Shown: positions 27,891-37,943 of the stretch, piece after piece
Numbering within the stretch: position 1 is the stretch's first letter
How the letters are laid out: the number at the start of each line of letters is the position of its first letter
Source of the DNA: a virus
Lineage: Duplodnaviria; Caudoviricetes
Length of the DNA: 64,000 nt
Strand: one strand, 5' to 3'
IMG/VR virus record: IMGVR_UViG_2615840717_000004
Coordinates: 39,604-103,603 of that record
Program-made: the position numbers and the translations under genes
The notes under the pieces: model-generated
The model's input: the letters and a program-made list of their open reading frames with translations, nothing else
Told to the model about the DNA's origin: nothing
Database searches by the model: none

Positions 27891-29000
27891 TTATGCGAAG
27901 CTCAGGAGAACCTTCACGCGGGTGCGCTTGGTGAGCCGCAATTCAGTTGTAAGCGCCTGCGAGCAAACAGCTGCAAACGGTGTTTCGATCTGGTCAGGAA
28001 GAAGCCAGCGCTTTCCTTGTGGCTGGTCCGGCTTTGGTGTGGCTCCGAACAGCAGAGCAACAGAGGCGCAGTCTTCGCCTGCCCCTTCGCCAAATCCGGT
28101 GAGCGCCTCCACATAGACACGCTGCCCTTGATCGTGCGGAGTGATCTGCTCTGCGCCGACCTTGTAAGTGGAGCCGGGCGCAACCTGATGCAGTGCCTTA
28201 AAACGCCTTGCCCCGATCATGGAGCCATCGGCACGATAAAAGCCCATATAGCCGCCCAGCAACGCTGTTTGGCGGGCCATGACGCGAAGCTTCGCCCCAC
28301 CCCCCAAATCCTGCCATGAGGTTTCAATCTCGCTCCATGGCGCTGCCAGCTCGTCCCAAGTCACACCACCTGAAGAGATATCGATGTAAACACCGATTTC
28401 CTGCTTTTCAGCATCTGTAAGCGCTCTTTGAAACTCATGCGTGGTGCCAAAGCTCCACTTGGTTGGAACGTCACCGACCTTTGCGCCGGAGTGCGACGAT
28501 AGAAGCGCATTTCCAAGCTTGGAATAAGACAACTCAGCAGCGCGAATGTCATAGCCGTTGAACGCCCGCATCACCTTGGTGCGCCGGGAAACGGAAAGAC
28601 CAACGATCCCGGCAATGCGAGGTAAATCCTCTTCACTGTGCGGGAGCCGGTCAAGTGCCAGCTGGTCCCAATGCCATTTGCGCCGCCTGCTTGGCGCCTG
28701 CTCCAAGAGCCCGCCATAGTCTATAAAGCCTAGCCCCTTATAGACCGCAGCCTCAAAGCCGCGAATGCGCAGCCATTCAAGGCCCACATCATAGAGCTGA
28801 TAGATGTTATCTACGTAGGGGCTCAGGATACCAAGCCCAGTTTCCTGAATGAGGTGCGGCATGATACGTGGCTGCGGATTGGCCCACTTCATGCCGAAAT
28901 TGTCATAGTGCTGGCGGACCTGCTGAAGCGCTTCATGATTGGCCTCGGAGATCGCCTGCATCCATGGAGTGGCGCCAGCTGGCAAAAGTGTTTCTGTCAT
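27891..29000 (-). CDS. Baseplate protein, P2 gpI-like
   Basis: LLP.GAT N-terminus; W.RIRG. Confidence 0.75.
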   Translation of the reverse strand: MTETLLPAGATPWMQAISEANHEALQQVRQHYDNFGMKWANPQPRIMPHLIQETGLGILSPYVDNIYQLYDVGLEWLRIRGFEAAVYKGLGFIDYGGLLEQAPSRRRKWHWDQLALDRLPHSEEDLPRIAGIVGLSVSRRTKVMRAFNGYDIRAAELSYSKLGNALLSSHSGAKVGDVPTKWSFGTTHEFQRALTDAEKQEIGVYIDISSGGVTWDELAAPWSEIETSWQDLGGGAKLRVMARQTALLGGYMGFYRADGSMIGARRFKALHQVAPGSTYKVGAEQITPHDQGQRVYVEALTGFGEGAGEDCASVALLFGATPKPDQPQGKRWLLPDQIETPFAAVCSQALTTELRLTKRTRVKVLLSFA

Positions 29001-29854
29001 CGCCCGCGCCCCATGGAACTGATTGAAATCGTGCCAAGCGCAATAGCTTCATTGGGATCAGCCACAACGTCAGTAAATGGCGCGTCAACAATCACGTTGT
29101 TGATCCCATCGCCCATGGCCGTGTTGATCAGCCAAGCGCGGGTGAGATCGAGTCCGAGGCGGTCTTCAGCCTCCCAAGCAGCCCGCAGTTTTGTCTCCAA
29201 TGTCTCTAAGGCTGAGTTGCGTGCATGCTCTTCAAGCTGAACCTTCAAAGCCACATCAATGGTCTTGGTGACAGCAGACACCACACTGAAACGATCTGAA
29301 GTGACTTTGTTGGTTGGCAAGTTCAGATGTGCCAGGACGGTTTCAAGTAGTTCATCGCTTGCATGGCCACCGGGAACAGCTGAGAGAATGCCCACATGGA
29401 GTGTCGGATCAACTCCGTCATCCCAGATTGCAACGCCCTTCACATCCAAATGCGCGTCCATTGCAAGCGCCTTGTAACGCTCCTCAGGACCACCGCCAGA
29501 ACGCCCGACAATGTGAAGCTTGATGCGCGTCTTAAAGCGCTCATCGTCTTCCCCTTGCATGCGTGTGACACCATAAAAGGTCGCCAATACATCAAGCGCC
29601 ACGCCGTAGGAATAATCCACGAAGTAGAGAACGAACTTCTCATTCCCCAGCTGCAGAAGATAGACGACCAGATAAACCAGTTCCTCTTGCAGAATTTTAG
29701 CCGGATCTGTTTCAAGTTCGCCAACGGTCCAAGGGATGCCTGCTGCTTCAAACTTGGTTTTCAGGCGGTCAAGCGAGGCTGCAAGGATGGCCTCATAGTC
29801 GATATTCTCAATCAACTCTGGTGGCGGAAGCTTGGTCTGGGCCATATGGATCAA
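28997..29854 (-). CDS. Baseplate J-like protein
   Basis: LPPPELIE..DYEAIL, LD.LA, E.DERF. Confidence 0.9.
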   Translation of the reverse strand: MIHMAQTKLPPPELIENIDYEAILAASLDRLKTKFEAAGIPWTVGELETDPAKILQEELVYLVVYLLQLGNEKFVLYFVDYSYGVALDVLATFYGVTRMQGEDDERFKTRIKLHIVGRSGGGPEERYKALAMDAHLDVKGVAIWDDGVDPTLHVGILSAVPGGHASDELLETVLAHLNLPTNKVTSDRFSVVSAVTKTIDVALKVQLEEHARNSALETLETKLRAAWEAEDRLGLDLTRAWLINTAMGDGINNVIVDAPFTDVVADPNEAIALGTISISSMGRGR

Positions 29855-30255
29855 CTTTCCAGTGTTTGCACCTTCCCATCCCGAAAGAACAGGCCGAAGG
29901 AAACAGAACGTTCAACGGTAAAATCTGGTGGTGAAAGGTGCGCTTTCGGGCGAAAGTCTGCCTCAATAGTTAGGCCGACAGCCCCCAAGCGAACTTGCTC
30001 TACAGAGCCTTGCGGAGTCAGACGCCGGACCTTGAACCGGGGCTCCCAGCGATCAATTGCAACCGCAATCAGCTGCATGAAGACAGCAAAACGCTTTGGT
30101 GAAAGCTTCTTACCCAAAATCTCTACAAAGCCCGCGCCGAATTGCCTGCGCATCACCCGAGAGTAAAGCCGGGTGCCTAGGGTGACTTCCACGCCTTGGA
30201 GTGCTGATTGCAGGTTAGAGATCGGCTGCCCTGTGTGCCTGCAAATCCCCGCCAT
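29851..30255 (-). CDS. Baseplate wedge gpW/gp25-like
   Basis: SRVMRRQFG...AIDRWEPR. Confidence 0.88.
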   Translation of the reverse strand: MAGICRHTGQPISNLQSALQGVEVTLGTRLYSRVMRRQFGAGFVEILGKKLSPKRFAVFMQLIAVAIDRWEPRFKVRRLTPQGSVEQVRLGAVGLTIEADFRPKAHLSPPDFTVERSVSFGLFFRDGKVQTLES

Positions 30256-30256
30256 A

Positions 30257-30463
30257 TCAGGCCTCTGGCTTTGCAGGAGCTTTACTGCGCCGCTTGCGCG
30301 GTGCTGGTGGGGTGCCGTTTTCGCCGTCATCAAGGCTGGCAACACCTATTTCAACGTAATAGGCAGCCGCCTGCTCTGTCATTTCGACAATGCGATCCTC
30401 AGGCACACGCGCACCATCAACGGTGTCCGCACCTTCGCGGATCCGGTATCTCTTCTTTGTCAT
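30257..30463 (-). CDS. Small hypothetical phage protein
   Basis: AGGA RBS; in operon. Confidence 0.55.
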   Translation of the reverse strand: MTKKRYRIREGADTVDGARVPEDRIVEMTEQAAAYYVEIGVASLDDGENGTPPAPRKRRSKAPAKPEA

Positions 30464-30474
30464 GTCTGGAGTCC

Positions 30475-31038
30475 TTAGTTGGGGCCTTTGGTGTTAGCTG
30501 GTCCCGGCGAAATGCCGCCGTGTGTGTGGGTAGAGCCGACGTTCTTACTATTGTGCGTAACCTTGCCGCCTTGAGTATCAACACCATCGCCGCTGATTAT
30601 ATGTGTCACGCCGCCCACGGTGATTTCGATACTGTTCTCCGCTGAGATCTGGAGCTTGCCGCCTTTGATCTGGATACGCACGCCCGCATCTTGAAAAACA
30701 TTGGCTTCCATATCGGTATTGGGCGTTTCGTGGTCGTTGCTATAGCCGCCTGGCAGCAGTATTCCTTGCCGGGGATCGCCGTTTGGATTGAGCGTCCCCA
30801 CCATCTGCCCGACCTTTAGCGGAATGGAAGTTTTAGAGGTTTCCGGATGCGGTTTCCAAGGTGAGAGATAAGGGGCGCCCTCTTCATCCTCTCCCAGTTT
30901 GATCCGGTAGCCCTTATCCGGATCGATATCATGTACCGGCCCGACCTGTATCATCTCAGAAATAACAGACCTCAAGGTTTCCAGTTCAGCCTGCTGCTGA
31001 GTGAGCAGCTCGGCGATTACCTCCCACTCGCTATCCAT
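30475..31038 (-). CDS. Baseplate spike gpV-like
   Basis: SPW, P.VGQ, C-terminal HTHGG. Confidence 0.88.
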   Translation of the reverse strand: MDSEWEVIAELLTQQQAELETLRSVISEMIQVGPVHDIDPDKGYRIKLGEDEEGAPYLSPWKPHPETSKTSIPLKVGQMVGTLNPNGDPRQGILLPGGYSNDHETPNTDMEANVFQDAGVRIQIKGGKLQISAENSIEITVGGVTHIISGDGVDTQGGKVTHNSKNVGSTHTHGGISPGPANTKGPN

Positions 31039-31768
31039 CTTGTGCGACCTCATTGAGCCCGAGCGTTTGGATCTGGTCTGGATGCATGCCGTTTTCCATT
31101 CTGAACACATCAAGCGGAGGCGCATCCGGCTCTAAGGCAGCGCGCATTAAGTCAGCTTTAGCGGCTATGCTTGGATCATCACTGGCCTGCATGAGCTCAA
31201 ATAGTTCCCCGAATGGGTTTGAGAGCACTTCAGCGCCGGTTCTTGGCTCTTCTAAAAGCATGCACTTGAGCTCAAACTGGTGAGCCGCGAGCCGCAATCC
31301 ATCTTGTTCATTTGCAATACGACCCTTTTTGAAGCTGGTCACACCTATCAAAAGCTCTCGGAACATCTTCACATATGGATCTCTGGTATCTGATAGTGCG
31401 TTGAGGATCTCGCGGCCAATAAGATCAAGTTTGAACTCCATATTGGCATCAGTAACCGGAATATCCTGCACGATGACAGCTTCGCCTGTTTCATTATCTT
31501 TGACGGACATAGAAGAGGTGATGCCCCACTCGAAATAGATTTTGGTGTCGGCTTGGCCGAGCAACTCCAGACTATTGCCCCTCGCCTGCATGTCTGCCTC
31601 ATCTGTATAGACAGTCAAAAAAGGTTGGTCTTGGCTCGTTTCTGGCAGACCATCCTCATTGAAGTTGAGCGCACCAAAAGCCGAGTCCTGAACGTTCTCG
31701 CCGACACTTGTCTTGCCCTTCAGAGCTTCGCAAAGGCAGTATCGTGCAGCAATCCTAACTAGGCTCAT
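31031..31768 (-). CDS. Putative tail completion/terminator protein
   Basis: Position; P.L.VYTD motif. Confidence 0.55.
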   Translation of the reverse strand: MSLVRIAARYCLCEALKGKTSVGENVQDSAFGALNFNEDGLPETSQDQPFLTVYTDEADMQARGNSLELLGQADTKIYFEWGITSSMSVKDNETGEAVIVQDIPVTDANMEFKLDLIGREILNALSDTRDPYVKMFRELLIGVTSFKKGRIANEQDGLRLAAHQFELKCMLLEEPRTGAEVLSNPFGELFELMQASDDPSIAAKADLMRAALEPDAPPLDVFRMENGMHPDQIQTLGLNEVAQDG

Positions 31769-32142
31769 GCTTCCCCCAATTCCAAAACAATGCGCAGCTG
31801 ATCGCGATAGTTAGCGTGCAGCACGTCAAACCAAGGCATCCCATCACGGGTAATTGCTCTGATGGTATCGCCCTTTTTGATTTCCGGGCCGGTGTAAAGC
31901 GACTTTGCGATATGCAATTGAGTCTTTGCTGAGTTGACGCGGCCACGCCACTTCAAAGCGTCACCACCACTCAAGTTGGTGTTGCGTACATTGCCTACTC
32001 TCAAAATCGCTTGGATTGTCGTGTTTCCGCGTGATTGGTCCTGTCTGCCATCCTGCAAAAACTTGAGCTCAATAGCTTCCGCCCATCGTTCATCTGCGGC
32101 CTTCACTACTTTCTCAAAATGTTTCTTTGTTTCAGGTGTCAT
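31765..32142 (-). CDS. Putative head-tail joining protein
   Basis: Position and size. Confidence 0.55.
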   Translation of the reverse strand: MTPETKKHFEKVVKAADERWAEAIELKFLQDGRQDQSRGNTTIQAILRVGNVRNTNLSGGDALKWRGRVNSAKTQLHIAKSLYTGPEIKKGDTIRAITRDGMPWFDVLHANYRDQLRIVLELGEA

Positions 32143-32191
32143 AGCTTGGCCTCACAAAAGGAAAAGGCGCGAGTTTCCCCGCGCCTTTGTT

Positions 32192-32623
32192 TTACTGTGC
32201 TTCGGCGGCTTCAATAGCCGCTTGGTACTCTTCGACGGTCCAGTCTTCGTCCGGCGTAATGCCAAGCTCTTTGGCTTTGGTGTCGAGTTCGTCAAACTGA
32301 GCCCGAACCAGATCGCGAACGTTGTCACGTAGGGTTTCAAGACCAATGTTTTTAGGCGGACGGTAATCAAGCTTTTCAGCTTCTTCACGCAACGCGTCCA
32401 TGCTCATGGCGCTGTAAGCATCTTCGCCGCCCTCATCGGCAACTGGCTCGGTGTCTGGTTCGTCTGCTTTATAGGCAAGACCATCATCGATCAGGCTTGT
32501 TGCATAAGAAACCGGAACCTCAACGGCTTCACCGGGTTCAATCGTGACGACGCCGCCCTCACCTACGACCTCTCCGGGGATCATGAGCCCAGAGAGGTTT
32601 GCAATCCACATAGTTTTAGTCAT
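32192..32623 (-). CDS. Hypothetical head-associated protein
   Basis: Acidic; follows capsid gene. Confidence 0.6.
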   Translation of the reverse strand: MTKTMWIANLSGLMIPGEVVGEGGVVTIEPGEAVEVPVSYATSLIDDGLAYKADEPDTEPVADEGGEDAYSAMSMDALREEAEKLDYRPPKNIGLETLRDNVRDLVRAQFDELDTKAKELGITPDEDWTVEEYQAAIEAAEAQ

Positions 32624-32635
32624 GGAGCACCCCCC

Positions 32636-33658
32636 TTACTGGCCCGGTGTATAGTTTTGAAGACGGATTTTACGCAGAACACTGGGGTTGGTGCAGAGGG
32701 ACATGGCGTTCATCTGCACTTCAATGGAGCGCCCTTTATCGTTTGGATCCTTGAACTGTCGAAGGTAAAGCGGCAGGCCTTCGGAGTTCACCGTATCTTC
32801 GTAGTCAGCGGGACCGAAACGAGTGATAAACAAATCAGGCACGCCAAACGGAACAATGCGAGCCTCATTGTGGGCAATATAGGTGCCCCCACCGGCTTCT
32901 CTCGCTTTACGGCCCTGTTTGTAGCGTTCAAACTTGAAGCCACCGAAATCGAACTTATCCGGGGCTGCGTTCCGCAACTTCCCTGCAGAAGAGGTGTTGA
33001 GGAAAGTCTCGCGAACTTCAGGACGGTTCCAGATCCATTCATGAAAATTTCGACCAGAGAACACATGCATATGCCCGTATGCCCGATCAAGGTCATCTTC
33101 AATGCCATACAGCGCATGCATCAAGAAAGAGCCAAGGCTCAGATCTGCGTCTTCATGATCGAGGTCAAGCGGAGCTGGGATTGCATAGCCAAACTTGGCA
33201 TAGAGGTTCGCCAGCGTTTTGCCATTGCGGGTCAGAACGATGCCGTTCAGTGCACCCATGCGTTGGTGTTCCAGCGTATTATCAAGGTCGCGGGTATGTT
33301 TGCGCCCCTTCTTCACAACGCGTTCCTGAAGCCGCTCCAACTGATCATTTGTCCCGGTTCTACGAACGTTCTGGATTTCGTCAGCTGAGATATGATCATT
33401 GCGCTCGTAATGAGGGATCTTGAAGGACTCGAGGGTGCGCTCTTCATCCCCGGTTGTTTCCCCAGGTCCACCACGAGCGGTTGGCTCGACTAGCTGCAGG
33501 TCGTTGCCTTCCCGTTCAATGTCGATGTAAGTGGTGTCCACCCCATCTTCTTCGAACAGGCCGGACTTGCCGATCTGATCAGGAACCGAAGGTTCTTCAT
33601 TGATGGCAAGCGTAAGGTTGTGAACGCTAAAGCGGTCGTCATCCCAGATATCAGGCAT
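32636..33658 (-). CDS. Major capsid protein (lambda gpE family)
   Basis: LT.AIN, TLEHQRMGALNG, FGPADY.DTVN..GLP.Y. Confidence 0.9.
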   Translation of the reverse strand: MPDIWDDDRFSVHNLTLAINEEPSVPDQIGKSGLFEEDGVDTTYIDIEREGNDLQLVEPTARGGPGETTGDEERTLESFKIPHYERNDHISADEIQNVRRTGTNDQLERLQERVVKKGRKHTRDLDNTLEHQRMGALNGIVLTRNGKTLANLYAKFGYAIPAPLDLDHEDADLSLGSFLMHALYGIEDDLDRAYGHMHVFSGRNFHEWIWNRPEVRETFLNTSSAGKLRNAAPDKFDFGGFKFERYKQGRKAREAGGGTYIAHNEARIVPFGVPDLFITRFGPADYEDTVNSEGLPLYLRQFKDPNDKGRSIEVQMNAMSLCTNPSVLRKIRLQNYTPGQ

Positions 33659-33700
33659 TTAAGTCTCACATATTTTTGAAAGAAAGGGGTTGGTTGGCCG

Positions 33701-34081
33701 TTAGCGTGTGATCAGCCCGACCGCTTTTAACTCAGCGAGCTTTGCGGCTACTTTGTCGGCATCATCCACCGTCGAATGGAAGTTCAACATGACTTCCTTT
33801 ACTTCGGCATCCCGACCCAAAACCACTGCTTCGACATCCTGAGACGTAGCATCAACAGCGTTAGCGAGAACCGCTTTTGCCGTTTCTGAACCATCAGCAC
33901 CTGTTGCCGGGGACGGAACATACTTTTGGGAATCGGTCTGCTTTCCGACCACAGTGGCAGCCGCTACCACACCTGAGCCAGCCGCAATGGTCACAGTCTC
34001 GCGAGAGCGGTTGCCGCTTGCTTCGGAAAGTAGAAAAGACCAGTCACGCTGGCGCATTTTCGTTGACATGCAAAACTCCAT
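33701..34081 (-). CDS. Head decoration protein (gpD-like)
   Basis: SEASGNRSRE, DGSE.A.AVL. Confidence 0.85.
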   Translation of the reverse strand: MEFCMSTKMRQRDWSFLLSEASGNRSRETVTIAAGSGVVAAATVVGKQTDSQKYVPSPATGADGSETAKAVLANAVDATSQDVEAVVLGRDAEVKEVMLNFHSTVDDADKVAAKLAELKAVGLITR

Positions 34082-34134
34082 AAAAAAAGGCCGCGTATGC
34101 GACCTGCTTAAGCTTTGTTGCGGGTGAAGAAGGC

Positions 34135-35160
34135 TTAAGAGGCCATCAACTCACGACGTTTTTTGTAAATAGAACCAGCACTCATCGTCGGCTGTTGTGG
34201 CTTGTCAGTGCTGTCCAGACCTGCACCCGTCTGTCGCAAATTGTTGTATTCGCTCTGCGATGGGTTGTTGTTGGGGGCTGGCTCGTTGTCTTCCATCAAG
34301 TCAAACTTCGCTTTGATCTGTTCAAAATCCATGCCATCGGCCATGAAGGATTCTGCAAGCTTTGGCTGCTTCTGCGCCTGCGGGAGTTCCATCACTTGCT
34401 TTTGCAACTTCATGTAGGTTTCGACGCCTTCCTTGACGCCATCGGCTTTGCCCTTAGCTTCCGCATCAGCCACCATCTGAGCAATTTCTTCATCAGTCTT
34501 TGGCATTTTCGTCTGTTCCTCTTGGGTTGGGGTTGTCTGCTCAGGCTCCTTGCCCCACTTGTTCGTGCGGGTCATAGTCACCAGCTCTTTTGGAGCTTTC
34601 GAGTATTGGGTGTAATCAAACGGCGGGCACATAAGCGAGTTCGTGCTGCCATCGTGAGTTGTTGCAAAACCAGCGATGACCGCCTCTTCACCCATCATCC
34701 ACGTTTCAGCCTCCATGATCTCTCGGGCTTCTTCCGTAGTCTTGCCGGATGCTTTAGCGTAAAGCTTTGCATACTCATCAGCCTGCATGTCGAGCAGAGC
34801 CGCACCTTCTTTGAGATCTCGCGCAGTGCCCCAAACGCCAGAGGATGGATCATGGATCATCATCTGAGCACCAGCTTTCATGATACGAACATCTGCGCCC
34901 ATTGCGATGAGTGAAGCAGCTGAAGCTGACATTGCATCAATCTGAACTGTAACCTGGCCGTCATGGGCTTTGAGAGCGTTGTAGATGGCTATAGCAGTGA
35001 TCGGATCACCACCACCTGAGTTCATTCGAACAGTTACGTCCTTTTCACGCCCGTGCTCTGCGAGTGCCTCAATGACCTGCAGCGCGGTAAAGAACTCTTC
35101 GTACCAGTCGAGCCCAACAGCCCCATACATGAAGATTTGCCCGTCTCGATAAATTCCCAT
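34135..35160 (-). CDS. ClpP-type head maturation protease
   Basis: NSGGG, SAAS.IAM, MMIHDP, ETWM. Confidence 0.92.
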   Translation of the reverse strand: MGIYRDGQIFMYGAVGLDWYEEFFTALQVIEALAEHGREKDVTVRMNSGGGDPITAIAIYNALKAHDGQVTVQIDAMSASAASLIAMGADVRIMKAGAQMMIHDPSSGVWGTARDLKEGAALLDMQADEYAKLYAKASGKTTEEAREIMEAETWMMGEEAVIAGFATTHDGSTNSLMCPPFDYTQYSKAPKELVTMTRTNKWGKEPEQTTPTQEEQTKMPKTDEEIAQMVADAEAKGKADGVKEGVETYMKLQKQVMELPQAQKQPKLAESFMADGMDFEQIKAKFDLMEDNEPAPNNNPSQSEYNNLRQTGAGLDSTDKPQQPTMSAGSIYKKRRELMAS

Positions 35161-35168
35161 GTGTTCCT

Positions 35169-35408
35169 CTAAGCTCTCACACGGGCAGCAAAGCGCCTAC
35201 GCTTAAGCTTGCCCTTTTGGATTTCACACTGTGCTCTGGCGTAATCGCGGTCCTTCTCAATCCGGTTGAGATCAGCGTTACGATATTTGATGAAATCCTC
35301 ACCAAAGCGGCTTTCTGTGACCTGTTCACCATCGCGAACAGTCTCATAAATTGTCTGAAGCTTCTCGACTTCAGCGCACCAGTCTTTGCCCATACAAAGA
35401 CCTTTCAT
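35169..35408 (-). CDS. gpW-like head completion protein
   Basis: G.Q....FGED.IKY..ADL. Confidence 0.6.
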   Translation of the reverse strand: MKGLCMGKDWCAEVEKLQTIYETVRDGEQVTESRFGEDFIKYRNADLNRIEKDRDYARAQCEIQKGKLKRRRFAARVRA

Positions 35409-35464
35409 GTTTTGATCTGAAGGAATCGTGTTACCTCTTTGCTCGGTTGCAAAGGAGCGTACTC

Positions 35465-36331
35465 ATGTCTGAAGTTACTGGAGTAGAAAGCAAAAGAAGT
35501 TTCTTGCTCAACTCATCAACTGCTTTGATGGTTTTCGTAGGTGTTTTTATCGCAATTGTTCTTCTATGGGTTGCAAACGCTTACTTTGCTTTGACCGGCG
35601 AGTTACCCTTTGATCTCTTTAATGTTTCAATGACTGAACCAAACTTCGGGGCAACTGAGCAAGTTTCTGTTGCGCAGAGCGAGCGTGGCCCAGTGGGAGA
35701 TAGTTTTGGTATCATCAACTCCCTCTTCTCCGGTATGGCATTCGTAGGTCTGGTCTACGCAATTTTGTTGCAACGGCAAGAACTGCATCTAGTAAAAGAA
35801 GAACGAGATGACACTCGCTCAATATTGCGACATCAACAGGCTAATCTTGACGAGCAAAATAAAGTTACGAAGAAGCAGGCTTTCGAGACTACGTTTTTCA
35901 ATCTACTAAGTTTAGTTTCAACTAGTCGCGCTGGGATTATGATGCCCGGTAAGTTTGAAGTCAGTGGAGAGCGGGCTCTAAGCAATTATGCTGCGAATGC
36001 AGAAAGAACTTATAGTAAGCAAGGTGCTAAAAGTGCTCTGGCTGATTACAGGAACTCTGATCCCTATAAAATTACTACCACTCACATAAACCTTTTTGTA
36101 AGCGCTGCACTGCTGTTGGAAGAGTACAATTTGGATGAGCAAGGTATTTACATCAACATACTCTGCGACTCCATCTCTCCGTCTGAGCAGATACTTTTAG
36201 CATTTGAAGCTTACTCACCGGGACGGGACATGATGGCCTCGATCATTGCAGACCATGGATTATTGAACGAAGCTAAAAGTGTAACTCTTGAAAGACTTTT
36301 GCGTGAATTTGAGGCTGTTAGGTTTCCTTAA
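35465..36331 (+). CDS. Reversed moron: 2-TM protein resembling putative phage abortive-infection family
   Basis: GDSFGIINSLFSG.AF.GL...ILLQ...FETTFFNLL; AAGGAG RBS. Confidence 0.7.
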   Translation: MSEVTGVESKRSFLLNSSTALMVFVGVFIAIVLLWVANAYFALTGELPFDLFNVSMTEPNFGATEQVSVAQSERGPVGDSFGIINSLFSGMAFVGLVYAILLQRQELHLVKEERDDTRSILRHQQANLDEQNKVTKKQAFETTFFNLLSLVSTSRAGIMMPGKFEVSGERALSNYAANAERTYSKQGAKSALADYRNSDPYKITTTHINLFVSAALLLEEYNLDEQGIYINILCDSISPSEQILLAFEAYSPGRDMMASIIADHGLLNEAKSVTLERLLREFEAVRFP

Positions 36332-37943
36332 CGACTTTACTCCTTTGTGAGTCACCACCTTGCACTTTTACAGAAGGATGGAGGCGCCCCTCTTTTTCAA
36401 ACTCCTTCACTTCTTCGCTGATCTCTCTTTGAACTTCGTCATAGTCAACACCATCAGCAGCACATTCGCGGCGAACAGAGGTCACACCGTTTTCAAGCCG
36501 CTTCTTGCGCGCGCTTTCCTTCTTGTCATCATCGGCGGTTGGCTGAGCCGGTCCTAAAACATCAACCTGGCTCACATGCTCCCGGTTGGCCCGAAATGCC
36601 GCATATCCGCCTTTGAATGGGATGCGTCCTTCTGCAATTTCTTCATCCAACCAGTTGGCGAACGTCACTTTTGTAAGCGGTGCTACCACGCGATCGCGCC
36701 GACGAGTTACAATCGGCCAGATGGTCGCATACTCCATTCTGACTGAGCTGTAAGTTGCGCCGGTGTGATCCATGGTGACGGATGAAGCTGTTGCCCCGAT
36801 CCGTCGCGCAACTTCTCTTAGAAGGTTCTGGAAGAAGGAAACATAGTGCGGGTTTGGCGTTTTGCTTGAGTGAAGCTCAAACTCTTCTCCCGGTGCTAGA
36901 TGGTTGACCCTCACTCCATCTGAAAGGTTGATTGTTCCTTCCTGAAGGGCCTCAAGGCGTGACCGCCATAGGTTTGCAAGATCTTCGCCGATATCTTCGT
37001 TGTCACTTCCATCAAGCGCCTGAAATGCTTGAAAGATATCTTCAGAGGCATCGGGACTTTTGACTGTAGCCGCCATGATCGCCTGCGCGAGTGCGGTAGC
37101 AAGCGTCGCGTTTCCCAGCTGCTCCTGAAAGCTCATATTGTTCAGAACTGCGGTCATCAGAGGGACTCCGCGAGAGGCGTCAGGGTTCTCTGAACGATCC
37201 ATTAGCTGCACTACTTGACACAAACCGAGACCATCAAAGGCGTCCACATCGTGATCGACTAACCCGCCTATTTTGCCTTTGCGCTGGAACCTGTACTTCA
37301 GGTGTCGCCCGTTATCATCCTTGAAGATGCCATCTTCTAAGCCAATTAACTGGCTTGTTTCCCACTTCAGTTTATGGGGTGAAACGAGCGAAACCTTAGT
37401 GCCGGTCCTAATGCCATACTTCTTCCGCTCCGCAGGAGACATAAAGCTGAAAACGCCATATGCCTCACCTTTAGTTGCGTAGATCCGGCAAACACCATCA
37501 TCCATTTCAGCAAGCTTCTTCTGGCCCGCTAGATCCACTTCAAGAGGGTTGTTTGCGTATGCGCGGAACTCCTTTTCAACGAGCTCTGCAAACTCTTTCT
37601 CTTCCTTCTTGTCATACCCGAGTTTTGAGAGGTCTGGCTTATAGTTGATCTTGAGCCCTTCCCCGATTGTATCAGTGATGACCTGATCAACTGCACCGGC
37701 GATCCATCCGCTGTTGTGCATGAAGTCAGTCGCAAGGGCAGAAGCCCGCGCCGCCGCCGCTCTCACATCCTCGGACCCTGAGCGGATCGGGGCGGAGCGC
37801 TTTGCCAACACGCCAGATGGATCGCCCCCAAGATAGCGCATTGTCGAGCGGGGGGTGCTCGTCAAGCGTGCGCTAGTCTTCGCGAGCTGCCGGGTATTGG
37901 CAGGCACGCGGACACGAGGTCGCGTCAAACCTTTGCCTGTCAT
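36318..37943 (-). CDS. Portal protein, lambda family
   Basis: RGVP, L.PGE, YSS.R motifs. Confidence 0.9.
   Translation of the reverse strand: MTGKGLTRPRVRVPANTRQLAKTSARLTSTPRSTMRYLGGDPSGVLAKRSAPIRSGSEDVRAAAARASALATDFMHNSGWIAGAVDQVITDTIGEGLKINYKPDLSKLGYDKKEEKEFAELVEKEFRAYANNPLEVDLAGQKKLAEMDDGVCRIYATKGEAYGVFSFMSPAERKKYGIRTGTKVSLVSPHKLKWETSQLIGLEDGIFKDDNGRHLKYRFQRKGKIGGLVDHDVDAFDGLGLCQVVQLMDRSENPDASRGVPLMTAVLNNMSFQEQLGNATLATALAQAIMAATVKSPDASEDIFQAFQALDGSDNEDIGEDLANLWRSRLEALQEGTINLSDGVRVNHLAPGEEFELHSSKTPNPHYVSFFQNLLREVARRIGATASSVTMDHTGATYSSVRMEYATIWPIVTRRRDRVVAPLTKVTFANWLDEEIAEGRIPFKGGYAAFRANREHVSQVDVLGPAQPTADDDKKESARKKRLENGVTSVRRECAADGVDYDEVQREISEEVKEFEKEGRLHPSVKVQGGDSQRSKVVKET

Noticed and set aside
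26668-34914. Long antisense ORFs opposite core structural genes (26668-27459, 29396-30166, 32657-33388, 34195-34914)
   Set aside because: They cover only parts of genes and are not coupled at their ends. They show that antisense ORFs of about 250 codons arise by chance here, so the shadow-ORF claim rests on full coverage plus end coupling, not on length alone.
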